Assembly: GCA_964534445.1 (NCBI GenBank)
Contig: CAZHOE010000005.1
Span: 26,969-90,968, forward strand
Length of the DNA stretch: 64,000 bases
From: an uncultured Micavibrio sp.
GTDB taxonomy: Bacteria; Pseudomonadota; Alphaproteobacteria; Micavibrionales; UBA2020
Direction of reading: 5' to 3'
The notes below the pieces were generated by a model. That model saw only the letters and a program-made list of their open reading frames with translations. It ran no database searches and was not told the origin of the DNA. Shown here in pieces: positions 63,785 to 64,000 of the stretch (position 1 is the stretch's first letter; each line of letters opens with the position of its first letter). Position numbers and translations under genes: made by a program.

Positions 63785-64000
63785 CAACGGCAACCTACCA
63801 AAGCCTGAAAACAGCCAAAAGCGGCATCGGCCTGCGCCATCCGCATATGGGCGCTGTTTTGTCGCAAAAGCCCGATGTCGGATTTTTAGAGGCACATAGC
63901 GAAAACTATTTCCGCATCGGCGGTGTGCCGTTTGATAACCTGATGCGTTGCCGCGCAGATTACGCGATCAGCCTGCACGGCGTTGGCCTCTCGCTCGGCT
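63781..64000 (+). CDS. DUF692 multinuclear non-heme iron oxidative enzyme (BufB-like), partial
   Basis: [22 protein letters not shown]...[10 protein letters not shown]...[11 protein letters not shown]; runs off window. Confidence 0.9.
   Translation, partial: MTTATYQSLKTAKSGIGLRHPHMGAVLSQKPDVGFLEAHSENYFRIGGVPFDNLMRCRADYAISLHGVGLSLG

Overview
Alphaproteobacterial chromosomal segment; the conserved gene blocks and the missing arginine genes suggest a Micavibrio-like lineage, which is an inference. No rRNA, tRNA, CRISPR, integrase or IS was seen. (i) 1-19 kb is a stress-response region: PRC-barrel proteins, DUF892, exported KatG, a glycine-zipper lipoprotein, an EF-hand protein and DUF1328. Several of these carry GGAAC-N16/17-CGTT-type (EcfG-like) promoters. 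They surround an ECF sigma factor, a divergent OmpR-family regulator, a CHASE3 hybrid kinase and a small stand-alone anti-sigma-like ORF. A near-identical 22-bp box (TTGTTACAAAAnnGAAACAAAA) lies upstream of both the sigma gene and the anti-sigma-like gene. This suggests a general-stress switch wired differently from PhyR/NepR, and it is my top candidate for a new system. (ii) 18.8-28 kb holds a protein with a perfect class I cyclic-nucleotide phosphodiesterase signature, an orphan glgX, tamAB, and gdx/sugE under a guanidine-II riboswitch. (iii) 28-61 kb is housekeeping: ppa, large NAD-GDH, ahpC, rluD, lysA, ftsEX, plsC, hisC, mutT, secA, glpDK, leucine dehydrogenase and acetoacetyl-CoA synthetase. 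argH and argJ are absent from their usual slots, and a divergent DnaQ paralog occupies the argJ position. (iv) 61-64 kb is a bufferin-type RiPP locus (two DUF2282 precursors, SigF/NrsF, DoxX, DUF692) that runs off the window end. All calls come from reading the sequence; no database searches were run.
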